Shown: positions 1 through 11,076, counted from the first letter of the stretch. The stretch is 64,000 nucleotides of DNA from Candidatus Poribacteria bacterium (GCA_965218095.1 OZ244587.1:2624001-2688000); one strand, 5' to 3'. Notes: generated from the letters alone by a model not told the origin. Numbers and translations are program-made.

Positions 1-231
1 ATCTGCATCCGTAAAGCGCAGGTTCAAGATGTAGTGGATAACCTGCTCTAATCCTGCCACTATCAGATACTCCCCCTGCGGGATGGAGCGGACAAAGTAG
101 TTCTCAGTGCAGATTGCGTTGTTCCCACTGTCAAAATCCGCCTTGCCCATCGTGAACTCGTAATAGTCCGTGAACAACGCCATATTCGATTCGGTGAGGA
201 GTCCGGATTGGGGTGCTTTCGCCATAGTCAT
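1..231 (-). CDS. pncB: Nicotinate phosphoribosyltransferase, N-terminal part (runs off the window edge)
   Basis: Not in the ORF track. Manual translation gives MTMAKAPQSGLLTESNMALFTDYYEFTMGKADFD...YFVRSIPQGEYLIVAGLEQVIHYILNLRFTDAD, with the LxTDxYxxTM and AGLEQ NAPRTase motifs. Confidence 0.85.
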   Translation of the reverse strand, partial: MTMAKAPQSGLLTESNMALFTDYYEFTMGKADFDSGNNAICTENYFVRSIPQGEYLIVAGLEQVIHYILNLRFTDAD

Positions 232-387
232 TGTGCCTTTTTTGCAAAAAATACGAGTTTTTTCACTTGTGGGTGAAGTAAAATATGTCCGATTTTCGGA
301 CGAGCACTGCCAGTTGAGATGAGCGAAATCCCGCGTAGCGGGGCTTGTTTTTAAGGACATGCACCCCCTGAACAAGTAAGTCCGTCC

Positions 388-633
388 TCAAATCATCTCA
401 TAACGAATATCAATGCTCATTCTACCCTCCAAGGCTTCGGTGAGTATTGTAAGCAATTCCTCATCACAACCGTTCTCTGCGAGGAAACCCAGGGTCTCTG
501 CGTCAATATAATAATCCTGATCCTCGACGCCTTCCTCCTCAAGGTTATCAATGAGAAGCTGCACTTGATCTTCGGTAATCATCCCGAGTCTCTGGTCATT
601 TTCGAGGTCTATTAGTCTATACATTTGGTTCAT
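388..633 (-). CDS. Small acidic hypothetical protein
   Basis: 81-aa D/E-rich ORF (LEEEGVEDQDYYID), co-oriented upstream of pncB. Confidence 0.7.
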   Translation of the reverse strand: MNQMYRLIDLENDQRLGMITEDQVQLLIDNLEEEGVEDQDYYIDAETLGFLAENGCDEELLTILTEALEGRMSIDIRYEMI

Positions 634-673
634 ATGAACTCATTGCGGGTAGTTTCTTGGAAGTCTAATAGAG

Positions 674-719
674 CGAAGGGAAGCATCTCTTCTTAAGGTG
701 CAAGAGATGCTTCCCTTCG
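674..719. terminator. Perfect 18-bp stem hairpin, terminator-like
   Basis: cgaagggaagcatctctt-N10-aagagatgcttcccttcg. Confidence 0.5.
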
Positions 720-923
720 TTGAGGCTGACGGGAGAAGCGCGCGTTTTACTCGCTATAAGTTCTATTATCTCCAAAAGTTTACATTTCGCCCAAAAAATG
801 CGGCATAAATCTGTGCGCCTCAAATGCTTTATTATTATGGAAAGCTGACATTACTTACCTCAAGTTGATTGTCACGTTAATAATGTACCTCGATTTGGTC
901 AGACTTGCAACCCTATTTTTTAC

Positions 924-952
924 TTGACACGATCGCAGATTTCAGTCAAAAT
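924..952 (+). promoter_or_regulatory. Putative sigma70 promoter
   Basis: TTGACA-17 nt-CAAAAT upstream of the ATG at 991. Confidence 0.45.
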
Positions 953-990
953 AGAATTCCGTTATCTTACCAGAAAGGCGGTCTATAACA

Positions 991-1836
991 ATGAGTGAGC
1001 AACTCTTTATCAGTCACACCTTTACGGAACCCGGTGGTTTCACGTCCGGTATTGAAGGACCTGCTTGCGATGCTGAGGGCAATCTCTATGCCGTCAACTA
1101 CGCACGTCAGCACACAATTGGGAAGGTCACCCCGGAAGGGCAATGCAGTGTATTCGTCGAACTCCCTAACGGCAGCATCGGGAACGGTATTCGTTTCAAC
1201 AGTGCAGGTTTCATGCTCATCGCCAACTACACGAACCACAATATCCTCAAGGTCGATATGAATACGCGAGAAATCCGCGTTTATGCGCACGAGTCAACCA
1301 TGAACCAGCCGAACGATATTGCCATCGGCGCCAACGATATCGTCTACGCCAGCGATCCGGATTGGGCTGAGTCCACGGGGCAGATTTGGCGTATCGACAC
1401 CGATGGGAAAGTCACTCGCCTCGAAGCGGATATGGGAACGACTAACGGCATCGAAGTTAGCCCCGATGAGCGCACCCTCTACGTCAATGAGACCATGCAG
1501 CGCAACATCTGGGCTTATGATCTGTCTGCTACAGGAGAAGTCAGCAATAAGCGTTTGCTGATTCAGTTCCCCGATTTTAGTATGGACGGTATGCGCTGCG
1601 ATATTCAAGGCAATCTCTATGTGACGCGCCACGAGAAAGGCACCGTGGCCAAGGTTTCCCCGCAGGGTGAGGTGATTCTGGAAGTTGAACTTGGCGGAAA
1701 GCGTTGTACCAACCTTGCTTTCGGTGGACCCGATGGTCGCACCTGCTATGTGACCATCGCAGATCGGGGGAATGTCGAATATTTCCGCACAGATCTACCA
1801 GGTCGAAGTTGGCAGCTTTTCAAGGAGGTTAAATGA
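991..1836 (+). CDS. SMP-30/gluconolactonase/LRE family protein
   Basis: EGP, PND, TNGIEVSPD, DGMRCD and TNLAFGG motifs of the six-bladed SGL propeller. Confidence 0.92.
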   Translation: MSEQLFISHTFTEPGGFTSGIEGPACDAEGNLYAVNYARQHTIGKVTPEGQCSVFVELPNGSIGNGIRFNSAGFMLIANYTNHNILKVDMNTREIRVYAHESTMNQPNDIAIGANDIVYASDPDWAESTGQIWRIDTDGKVTRLEADMGTTNGIEVSPDERTLYVNETMQRNIWAYDLSATGEVSNKRLLIQFPDFSMDGMRCDIQGNLYVTRHEKGTVAKVSPQGEVILEVELGGKRCTNLAFGGPDGRTCYVTIADRGNVEYFRTDLPGRSWQLFKEVK

Positions 1837-2444
1837 TAGGTTATTCAAGGATATCCGGTATCGTCCTGTTGATGCTGCTGAGTATCAACCCAGGGCTTAT
1901 CGCGAAGGAAGGCGACGAGTTAATTGGGAAACCTGCTCCGGAATGGGGGGTGCTGGAGTGGATGAATTCACAGCCGCTCAAGCTGAAAGAGTTAGAGGAC
2001 AAAGTGGTTCTCATTCGTTGGTGGACGGAGACATGCCCATTTTGTACCCGTAGCGCACCCGCGCTGAACGAATTTCACGACACCTTCGAGGACAAGGGTT
2101 TGGTCGTGATTGGGATGTACCATCCGAAACCGCCCGGTCCGCGTCGTCAAAAAGTGCGCGAGCAGGCGGTGAAGCGACTCGGCTTTGAATTCCCGATTGC
2201 GCTGGATATGGGTTGGAAAACGTTGATACGTTATTGGCTGGCTGATTACAGACACCGATGGACCTCAGTCAGCTTTCTCGTCGATAAGCGGGGAAAGATT
2301 CGCTATATCCATCCGGGCGGTGAGTATTACAAAGGAGAGGGCGAAACACGGACGGAAGCCCAACGGGATTATCACGAGTTGAAAGCGATGATTGAAAAAC
2401 TCATCGCGGAACCTTCTCAGTCCAAAGCTGAATCGTCGGATTAG
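1833..2444 (+). CDS. Exported TlpA/AhpC-TSA-like redoxin
   Basis: Signal peptide, IGKPAPE, WWTETCPFC (CxxC); overlaps the upstream stop codon. Confidence 0.85.
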   Translation: MIGYSRISGIVLLMLLSINPGLIAKEGDELIGKPAPEWGVLEWMNSQPLKLKELEDKVVLIRWWTETCPFCTRSAPALNEFHDTFEDKGLVVIGMYHPKPPGPRRQKVREQAVKRLGFEFPIALDMGWKTLIRYWLADYRHRWTSVSFLVDKRGKIRYIHPGGEYYKGEGETRTEAQRDYHELKAMIEKLIAEPSQSKAESSD

Positions 2445-2588
2445 TGGATTGAACCTTGGTCAGCGGAAAGCGTGCACCATCGGACGGAGGCTGACCTTCC
2501 GCCGACGGTTCATCATCTATGTCGTAACAATGGACGGCAAAACGATGGAGATTGTCAACTTTGAACAGGTAGGGATGCAGTGCACAGT

Positions 2589-5291
2589 TTACTTATCCAG
2601 CGAAAGCCGGAATACCCCCTCTGCCGCTGTGCCGATGTAGAGTGTTGTCCCATCAAGTGCAAGTAACCTGACAATGCGTTGCATCGGAGCAACCCGCTCC
2701 CACGAATCCGATTCCTGCGCCAAGCGGAAGATCCCACGAGAGCTGGTCCCATAGAGCGTTGTGCCATCGACAAGCTGCATCTCAATGTCGCCATCGGATA
2801 ATCCGGCGACGATTGACGTCCATGTTTCGCCGCCATCTGTCGAGCGAAAAACCCCATCTCGCGGCCCGGCGACATAAATCGTCCTGCCGACGAAGGCCAA
2901 ATCATGAGTACCGGTTTGCTGCTCCCAATTTCGCATGTTTTTTCTCACATCCGTCCACGAATCGCCTTCGTCAAACGAGCGGAACAGTTTCCCATTATTT
3001 GCGCTAACGTAGACGGTTTTACCTGACACAGCCAACGTTCCCCATTGCAAATCCTTCAGTCCGAGGTCTGTCCACAGGTCCTCCCCGACTTTCCACCGAT
3101 AGAGCCATTGTCCCTGCCCCATTTGCGCGATGACGTAGAAGGTCTCTCCGGCGTCCACCAATTGATCAACGGTATACATCCTGTTCTTAGCTGATTGCAT
3201 TTTCGTCTGAATTGGCATCCATGAGTTTCCGTCGTCTGCCAAGCAATAAATTCCAGAAGTTGATGGGTTCCACCTGTAGTTGGTTTCGTTCGTCCCTGCA
3301 TAGAGTTTTCCTCCCGAAACTGTCAGCGTCGCCCCATTACTGGCAACCAATCCATCATTCACCGCCACCCACGAATTCCCACCATCCGCTGATTTGACGA
3401 TACCATCGCCTGTTATAGTATAGAGTGCGTTTCTGAAAAATACCAAGCTATCAATCCAAGTATTGATGATGCCGGTGTTGATTTTCGTCCACGATTCTCC
3501 ACCATCCATCGAGCGGAAAACTCCATCGTCGGTGGCGACGTAAAGCGTCTTCTCAGATAAGGTCGCTATGGAGAGGGGGGTTTGATTGGTCAAACCGGTG
3601 TTAAACATCGTCCATGAGTTACCGGCATCAGTTGAGCGAAACACCCGACCATCGGGCGAACCTGAGCCGATGTAGAAGACCGTGTTTCCCACCGCCGCCA
3701 ATTCGCCGCTGAAATGCTGCATCAATTCGGACTTAATTGACCTCCAGAAATTGCCTGTATCCGTTGAGCGGAAAAGTCCACCGTCCGCCGTGGCTGCATA
3801 GAGGCTGTTTTCAGAGATAGCGAATGAGACGATTTTTTTAGATACGGCGGTGAGTTTTGTCCATGCAGATACAACGGTAAGTTTTGTCCATGAATTCTCG
3901 CCGGCTTTGAGGCGGAACATGCTGTGGGGAGTTTTTGCGAAAAGCGTCCTTCCACTCACCATCAAGCGTCGAATATCTCGGTAGATTAATCCGTCGTTGA
4001 TTGGCGTCCACGATTCGCCGTCATCATCCGAGCGAAAGACACCCTTTTCAGGTCTTCCAATGTAAAGCGTATCGCCGATGAACGCCACTGCATCAATCCC
4101 TCGATCCTTCCTGATCCACGTCAACTGCTGCCACGAGTCGCCGCCGTTGGTCAAGTAGAAAAGGTCGCCGCCTGTGCCGGCATAGAGGGTGTTTCCCTTT
4201 TGCGCCAACGCGAAGACGGTGGGAAGCATGTTGTTCTCATAGACCCGCAAACCGTTGTTGGCGTGCACCCACGTTTCACCGCCATCCGTTGAGCGGAAGA
4301 TACCACCTTCTACTGCTCCGGCAAAGAGTATTCCTTCCGGCGTCGCGTGCAGGGCCATAATTGCTCCACCGTAAGGTCCGTTGGTCTGCGTCCAGCCAAT
4401 TTTATCCGATTCTATATCGTTCTGTGAATCCGACGTAGCCTCCCAAACCGAACCATCTTCCCGATTTCCATTTCCCGCCGCTCCTGCATTCGACGCCCCT
4501 GCCCGATTGACCTTCGAGAACTTCGCTACCGGCATTTCAATTATCGGTGCATCAACGATTTCAACCATCGTCGCCGATTCGGGCGCATCAAGGCTGTAAG
4601 GCAACTGAAATCTTGCAGTCTTAACCCCCAAGCCGACAAGCAACGTGACCACGGCACAAGTGGTTTGCTCGTTGGCCCAGAAGTCAACGGGACGTTGAGG
4701 ATTCGGCGCATAATCTCTTGCGTCAAAGCCGGTGGAAGTTGGAAGCCTCCCAAGGTTTCTTCAATCATCGTCAATTCCTCCTTCAAGCGAATTCGGGCGC
4801 GATAGAGTCGATCTCTGATGGCGCCACATGACGTACCGATGAACCGTCCAATCTCGTCGCAGGTCATCCCCGCCATGTAGTAAAGTGTCAAGACGGTTCG
4901 TTCACTTTCGGGGAGACTTTCGAGCGCATTGTGAATCTCCTCACGCACACGCGCATCAGCATACTTCGCCCATGACTGCGCGTTCATCTCCCCCTTGACC
5001 CTATCGAATGATTCAGTTCGTAGGCGATTTTGCCGAAGCCAAGAGATACAGCACCGTGCGGCAATCACGTAGAGCCAGCCGGGGAAGTGTACCGGATCTT
5101 TGAGCGTCGATAATTTCTGGTATGCCTTGAGATAAGGTGTCCTGCGTGATTTCTTCGGCGGTGTGGAAATCGCCGAGTTTGCGGCAAGCCAGGGCGTGGA
5201 CAGATCCTTTGTACTTATCCACCAGAAAACCGAAAGCGGATTCGTCGCCCGCCAATGTGCGTTGAATCAATCCAGCGTCATGAAGTGCCAT
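2589..5291 (-). pseudogene. ECF sigma-70 factor fused to a BNR/Asp-box beta-propeller, split over three frames
   Basis: 5013-5291 region 2 (GDESAFGFLV, AEEITQDT); 4541-5068 region 4 (LPESERTVLTLYY, RLYRARIRL); 2589-4652 repeated FRSTDGGETW boxes; frame breaks near 5130 and 4650. Confidence 0.8.
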
Positions 5292-5583
5292 TTTCTATCT
5301 CCCGGTGTCATCATCAAGATTCAGGATACATTTGCATCCCCGCGTATCAAGACCTCGCTACGATAGAGCAAGTACGGAACACAGATCTGCGTTCCCTAAT
5401 CATGTCTTTCTGTTTATAATGACGCACATTTGCAACAGATCATCAGATGGCCGATCCGTTTTTTGATCTTGATTTCCATTTGACTTGATGCTAAACTGAG
5501 AACCAAAAATTTCACATAAATATTTCCATCGGAGTAAATTTTCGGCTCTCGTGACGAAAAGACTCAGCGAGGAGGAGGAGCCC

Positions 5584-6828
5584 ATGAGCAAATTAGCGAT
5601 TCAGGGCGGCGACAAAGCCATCACTTTAGACCAAAGTGAGGCTTCGCAGTGGCCCATTATTGATGACGAGGTCACCGCAGCCGTCGTCAACCAATTGCAA
5701 AGTGGGGAGATCTCGTTTTCAGATACCATCTACAAATTCGAGGAGGAGTTTGCCGCTTATCACGGCGTCAAGTATGCCCTGGCGCACAACAACGGGACCG
5801 CTTCGATTCATGGGGCACTGTTCGGGATTGGGGTTGGGCCGGGTGATGAAGTCATCACCCCTGCTGCAACGTTTTGGGGGACGTATATGCCCATCCTCTC
5901 CTGTCAGGCGATTCCGGTTTTCTGCGATATTGACCCGTTCACCGGCTGCGCTGACCCAGAAGATATCAAGCGACGAATCTCTCCCTACACGAAAGCAATC
6001 ATTGTCGTCCATCTCGGCGGGATGCCAGCGGAGATGGACGACATTATGGAAATCGCAAAGTGTCACAATATCTTCGTGCTTGAAGACTGTTCGCACGCTC
6101 ACGGCGCGACCTACAAAGGCAAAAAGGTTGGGACAATCGGAGATGTAGGATGTTTCAGCATGCAAGCGGGAAAACTCTTGCCGAGCGGCGAAGGTGGGGT
6201 GATGATTACGGATAATCTGGAGTATTCCGAGCGGGCAATCTGCCTCGGACACTACGAACGCATTCGCGATCTTCCCGACGAGAAATATCGCAAGTATGCC
6301 AAGACCTGCTTTGGATACAAATACCGCATCGCCCCAATTTCCGCCGCCATTGCTCGTGTCCAACTACGGCATCTTGATGAGCGTAACAAATGCCGGGACG
6401 ACAGCGTGATGTACCTGATGGACGGCATTGCAGAGTGTCCGGGAATCTATCCGATCAAGCCTTCGGCCGATAGCTTCCGCGGGTATTACAGTCGCCCCTA
6501 CGTCCGCTATGTCCCTGAAGAACTCGGCGGATTGCCGAAAGAGAAATTCATCGAAGCGTTGCAGGCAGAAGGCGCAAACGTGAATAGCGGTGCACCGGGA
6601 GGCAGCGACCACCTGTCAGCGGTGTTCCAGGAACGGAATCACCCAGCTTTCACTCGCCCTGAAAATAAACGGGAAGTGAAATATCAGAAAGGAGACCTGC
6701 CCGTTTCTGAGAACCCACGTGAAGATCTGTTCACCATTCCGGTCTTCCCCAGAACCGGCAAGGCGCTGTTAGACCAGTACATCGAAGCCTTTGGGAAGGT
6801 TGCGACCCATGTTGCGGAACTCGTTTGA
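5584..6828 (+). CDS. DegT/DnrJ/EryC1/StrS PLP-dependent aminotransferase
   Basis: NNGTASI, GPGDEVI, EDCSHAHGA, FSMQAGKLLPSGEGG; GGAGGAG RBS before ATG 5584. Confidence 0.93.
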   Translation: MSKLAIQGGDKAITLDQSEASQWPIIDDEVTAAVVNQLQSGEISFSDTIYKFEEEFAAYHGVKYALAHNNGTASIHGALFGIGVGPGDEVITPAATFWGTYMPILSCQAIPVFCDIDPFTGCADPEDIKRRISPYTKAIIVVHLGGMPAEMDDIMEIAKCHNIFVLEDCSHAHGATYKGKKVGTIGDVGCFSMQAGKLLPSGEGGVMITDNLEYSERAICLGHYERIRDLPDEKYRKYAKTCFGYKYRIAPISAAIARVQLRHLDERNKCRDDSVMYLMDGIAECPGIYPIKPSADSFRGYYSRPYVRYVPEELGGLPKEKFIEALQAEGANVNSGAPGGSDHLSAVFQERNHPAFTRPENKREVKYQKGDLPVSENPREDLFTIPVFPRTGKALLDQYIEAFGKVATHVAELV

Positions 6829-6841
6829 AAATGAGAAAGAG

Positions 6842-6903
6842 CGTAAAACCTGAAACGTAAAACGTGAATTTCTTACGTTTTACGCATTACGTTTTACGTT
6901 TCG
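6842..6903. repeat. Inverted heptamer repeats (cgtaaaa/ttttacg) between convergent genes; probable bidirectional terminator
   Basis: cgtaaaacctgaaacgtaaaacgtgaa...ttacgttttacgcattacgttttacg. Confidence 0.6.
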
Positions 6904-6943
6904 TGATTTCTCGATTGCCTGCAATTAGCAGTACATCAGTCCA

Positions 6944-7930
6944 TCAGCCGTAAAGCTGCGCAACATATTCGGCGTAACCGTTGTAGAGCAGCGTCGGGCG
7001 TCTTTTCCATGTGAAGGCTGGGCCTCGACCAATCATCCGTTCCGAGGCTTGTGACCACCGTGGGTGAGGCACGTCGGGCTCAACATTCGCCTCAAAACCG
7101 TATTCGTTCGGTTGAAGGCTGTTCCAGAACGTCTTCGACTGATAGTTGAGAAACTCAATTTTTACGATGGATTTGGCACCCTTGAAGCCGTACTTCCACG
7201 GCACCACTTCGCGGATGGGGGCACCATGCTGTTTTGGAAGTTCGTGACCATAGATACCGATGGCAAAAAATGCCAGTTCGTTTGCCATTTCGTCAGTGCG
7301 GAGACCTTCTGTATACGGCCACGGAAGCCGAGACAAGCTAAGCCCCGGGCCTTTGGTAATCTTTGGGTTGTAAAACGAGATGAAGCGAACGAATCTCGCC
7401 TCTGACATCGGTTCGACATCATCAATGATCCGCTTCATCGGGAAGCCGAGCCATGGAACAACCATTGCCCACGCCTCAACACAACGGAAGCGATAGACCC
7501 GCTCCTCAAGGGGAAATTTCTTCTTGATGTCGTCCATGTCATAGGTGCGAGGATTCCGGACTAAGCCGGTGACCTCTACTTTCCAATTTTCGGTCGGCAA
7601 CGCCTGCGCTGCTTTCCAGATGGATTTTGAACCACCGAATTCATAGAAATTGTTATACTTGGCAGCAAGAGCTTCGTCAGTGATGGGGCGGTCAACCTTT
7701 GCAAAGGCTAGATTTCGTTTGACCGATCCGAATTTCATCAGGTTCGGGTCTATTTGGGGAGGCGTTTTTGACTCCGATTCGCTCGCGCAACCGAGAATAG
7801 GACTGCCGGCGATGCTCAAACCGGCACCAGCAAGCGTCGTCAAGAACCGCCGCCGATTCATAAAAGCTGTTTCCGGCGTGGCCTCCCGCTCTGGAATCTC
7901 CCAAGCTTTTGGAATATGGATGTTTGCCAT
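6944..7930 (-). CDS. msrP: Protein-methionine-sulfoxide reductase catalytic subunit MsrP (YedY)
   Basis: Tat motif NRRRFL, YNNFYEF, RFRCVEAW, VPWKYGFK, PHPRWSQASER. Confidence 0.95.
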   Translation of the reverse strand: MANIHIPKAWEIPEREATPETAFMNRRRFLTTLAGAGLSIAGSPILGCASESESKTPPQIDPNLMKFGSVKRNLAFAKVDRPITDEALAAKYNNFYEFGGSKSIWKAAQALPTENWKVEVTGLVRNPRTYDMDDIKKKFPLEERVYRFRCVEAWAMVVPWLGFPMKRIIDDVEPMSEARFVRFISFYNPKITKGPGLSLSRLPWPYTEGLRTDEMANELAFFAIGIYGHELPKQHGAPIREVVPWKYGFKGAKSIVKIEFLNYQSKTFWNSLQPNEYGFEANVEPDVPHPRWSQASERMIGRGPAFTWKRRPTLLYNGYAEYVAQLYG

Positions 7931-8133
7931 GGATTTACCCTCTCTTTCTGCGTACTACCACGATATTCGTAGCGCGTGGACTGCATCGAACGGAAATGTA
8001 AAGCGCGAAACGTGACGAGTGAGAAGTGACGCGCTCGTTTTTCATGTCTCACTCATCATGTAATAGATGGTACACCTTATTCCGTCAATCGAATCGGTCG
8101 TGATAGTACAGTTTTAATCCTTCCAATACTTCC

Positions 8134-8973
8134 TTACACACGCTTCCACCGACTTGGGTTCATTCCCGGTGCTCCTTTTTTCATGTTCGGTGGTTTGTTG
8201 CCACCGTGATAATCCCAGTGGCGGGTGTTGCGGTCGCTGAATAATGGTCTAACGGAATCCGGCAGTTTCGCTAGGTCTGCATCATCCCAGGTTGACACTT
8301 TGTCTTGGGGGCCCGCCCATGCCGGACGATAAGCGATAGCGAGCATTGCACGGGGATAGTCGCCAACATTAGGGAAGTTGCCGTGAAAGACTTTGTGGTT
8401 GATCAGTACCGCTGAACCCGCTTTCGCAGGGACCATCACCTCTTCGGGGTGCGATTCAAAACGTTTGTAGGGATTCGCATCGGCGTGCATCGAGAGGTGG
8501 GATCGGGGGATGACGCGGAACGGAGAAACCTCCGGGGTGAGATTATCAAGGTAGTACAGCACCCGGACCATAAAGGGAACGCTGCCATCGTAACCGAAGA
8601 TTTGAGAGCCGTAGGGTTGCCCGTCCGTGTGCAGGCTGATGCCCGGATGCCCCGGTTCGGAACGGGCGTAGCCGTAGCTCATCATAATAATCTCGTCGCC
8701 AAAAAGTTCCCGCAAGAAGGACAGGGTTGGGGGATGGGCAAGCAGTTCCGTGAGTGCCCCCCCTCTAAATTGGATGTTCGGACATCCCCGCTGATATACA
8801 CTGTAATCGACTGCGCGGGTTTCCAACTTCGCGGTTTCCGACTTAAGTCGAGCGACGTGGTCAGGAGACAGCAGGTCTGGCAGCAAGAGATAGCCTTCAA
8901 CTTCGATCTGGCGAATTCGCTCGCCGAGCGTCAAAGCTGACCAGTCACGGTCATCAATGCGTGGTGTGTTCAT
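8134..8973 (-). CDS. Phytanoyl-CoA dioxygenase (PhyH) family protein
   Basis: EGYLLL, HxD (LHTDG), VIPRSH and distal His (VFHG). Confidence 0.88.
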   Translation of the reverse strand: MNTPRIDDRDWSALTLGERIRQIEVEGYLLLPDLLSPDHVARLKSETAKLETRAVDYSVYQRGCPNIQFRGGALTELLAHPPTLSFLRELFGDEIIMMSYGYARSEPGHPGISLHTDGQPYGSQIFGYDGSVPFMVRVLYYLDNLTPEVSPFRVIPRSHLSMHADANPYKRFESHPEEVMVPAKAGSAVLINHKVFHGNFPNVGDYPRAMLAIAYRPAWAGPQDKVSTWDDADLAKLPDSVRPLFSDRNTRHWDYHGGNKPPNMKKGAPGMNPSRWKRV

Positions 8974-9231
8974 TGCGATTCCTCCAAATGTCGTCGAAAT
9001 CTGAGATGAAAGATGGTGAGCCTAATTTTTATTCCGATTAAGAACTTCCATGTGAAAAAATTTGGTTCACAGTATTTAGGTTATCCTATTTGGCGGATGA
9101 TGTCAATAAGGAAATATCGAATTTTTTGTTGCAGAGTGCCCGTTTGTCTGCTAATATGGTAGGTCAAACGCACTCTTCAAAATCAGAGTTCACAGACATC
9201 TCTAAATATGGCTTTTCTGAGGAGAAAACTC

Positions 9232-11055
9232 ATGCCCGAATCATATCAAGGTTCACATCAGCAGTACGACGCGATTTGCCAATCCAACGTGATGATTCCG
9301 ATGCGCGATGGCGTATGCCTAGCGACCGACATCTACTTTCCTGCGCTGGGCGGTCAGCCGACGTCGGGAAAATTTCCGGTAATCCTAGAACGTACCCCCT
9401 ACGATAAGGCGGCAGCGGGAAATGTGACAAACGGTGCCTACTACACCCGGCGAGGCTACGTCTGCGCGATTCAGGATGTGCGAGGCAGATTCGCCAGCGA
9501 CGGTGAGTGGTATCCCTTCGCCAAAGAAGCCCCCGATGGCTACGACACGGTGGAATGGCTCGCCGCCCAAGAGTGGAGTGATGGACAGGTCGGCACGATG
9601 GGCGGGTCGTATTGCGGCAGCGACCAATCCGCGCTGGCAACCCTCAACCCGCCGCATCTTTCGACGATGATTGTCGCTGTTGGCGCGTCGAATTACTATC
9701 ACTGTTCGATGCGACAAAACGGTGCGCTCGAACAACGTTTCATGATCTATGCCTTCCGAATGGCGACCACCAGCAAGGAAGCGTTTGCCGATGCTAACAT
9801 CAAAGCTGCAGTTGACAAGGCGTTTGCAAATGTGGACGAGTGGGTGTCTCGTGCCCCGCTCAAGAAAGGCACATCGCCGTTGCGGATGCTGCCGAATTAC
9901 GAACAATGGGTGCTCGATCTATTCACGCACGGAGAATATGATGACTATTGGAAGCAACGCGGGTACGCCATCTCGCAGTATTACGAAGAGCACGCCGACG
10001 TGCCGACGCTCTACCTCGGTGGGTGGTATGATTCGTATGCGCGGGCGACCTGCGAGAATTTTACTGCACTCAGCAAAATGAAAAAGTCGCGGCAGGTGCT
10101 GTTGATGGGACCGTGGACGCATGGCGGCTGGAGCGTGTCGAATGCAGGCGACATTGATTTCGGGAATCACTCATTCATTAATTACAATGACCTGCGGCTG
10201 GCGTGGTTCGACCACTTCCTCAAAGGGATGCACACAGAAGTCGCTGACTGGTCGCCGGTCAAGATTTTCGTGATGGGCACCGGCAAGGGGACAGCCAACT
10301 ATCAGGGGCGCCTTCATCACAGCGGCCGTTGGCGCGACGAGCAGGACTTTCCCTTGCCCGACACCCAGTTCACGCCTTACTACCTTCATGCCGACGGCGA
10401 GATGTCTACCACTCTACCACTCACCACTGACCACTCACCAAGCCGCTTTAGCTTTGATCCGCGAGAACCGGTCCCAACCATTGGCGGCGGAATCTCCGCT
10501 GCTGAACCCATCATGGGCGCTGGCGCGTTTGACCAGCGTGGGGACTCCAGGTTCTTTGGCTGCAAAGACACCCTTCCCCTCAATGCCCGCAGTGATGTGC
10601 TGACCTTCCAGACCCACCCGTTAGAGGACGATGTGGAAGTCACGGGACCAATTACGGTCAAACTCCACGCCTCATCATCGGCCCGCGATACCGACTTCAC
10701 AGCTAAGCTGATTGACGTTTGCCCATTGAGCGATGACTATCCCGACGGGCTTGCTATCAACCTGACAGACACTATCATCCGCGCCCGCTACCGAAACAAT
10801 TGGGAGGCTCCAGAGTTACTGGAGCCGGGGAAAGTCTACGAGTTCACCTTTCAACTTTATCCAACTTCCAACGTCTTCAAGAAGGGACATCGGATTCGCT
10901 TAGACATTTCCAGCAGCAACTGGCCGCGCTTCGACGTGAATCCGAACACGGGCGGCGATTTGGGCTTCGAGCGGCGGTTTGAGATTGCAGAGCAGGCGAT
11001 TTATCATGAGCCCGAATACCCGTCGCATGTGGTCTTACCCATTCTTGAGCGATAG
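9232..11055 (+). CDS. CocE/NonD family serine hydrolase
   Basis: PMRDGVCLATDIY, RTPY, QDVRGR, GGSYCG nucleophile elbow, GGWYD, GPWTH, ISSSNWPRF. Confidence 0.93.
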   Translation: MPESYQGSHQQYDAICQSNVMIPMRDGVCLATDIYFPALGGQPTSGKFPVILERTPYDKAAAGNVTNGAYYTRRGYVCAIQDVRGRFASDGEWYPFAKEAPDGYDTVEWLAAQEWSDGQVGTMGGSYCGSDQSALATLNPPHLSTMIVAVGASNYYHCSMRQNGALEQRFMIYAFRMATTSKEAFADANIKAAVDKAFANVDEWVSRAPLKKGTSPLRMLPNYEQWVLDLFTHGEYDDYWKQRGYAISQYYEEHADVPTLYLGGWYDSYARATCENFTALSKMKKSRQVLLMGPWTHGGWSVSNAGDIDFGNHSFINYNDLRLAWFDHFLKGMHTEVADWSPVKIFVMGTGKGTANYQGRLHHSGRWRDEQDFPLPDTQFTPYYLHADGEMSTTLPLTTDHSPSRFSFDPREPVPTIGGGISAAEPIMGAGAFDQRGDSRFFGCKDTLPLNARSDVLTFQTHPLEDDVEVTGPITVKLHASSSARDTDFTAKLIDVCPLSDDYPDGLAINLTDTIIRARYRNNWEAPELLEPGKVYEFTFQLYPTSNVFKKGHRIRLDISSSNWPRFDVNPNTGGDLGFERRFEIAEQAIYHEPEYPSHVVLPILER

Positions 11056-11076
11056 GGAAAACGTGAAAATGAATTT

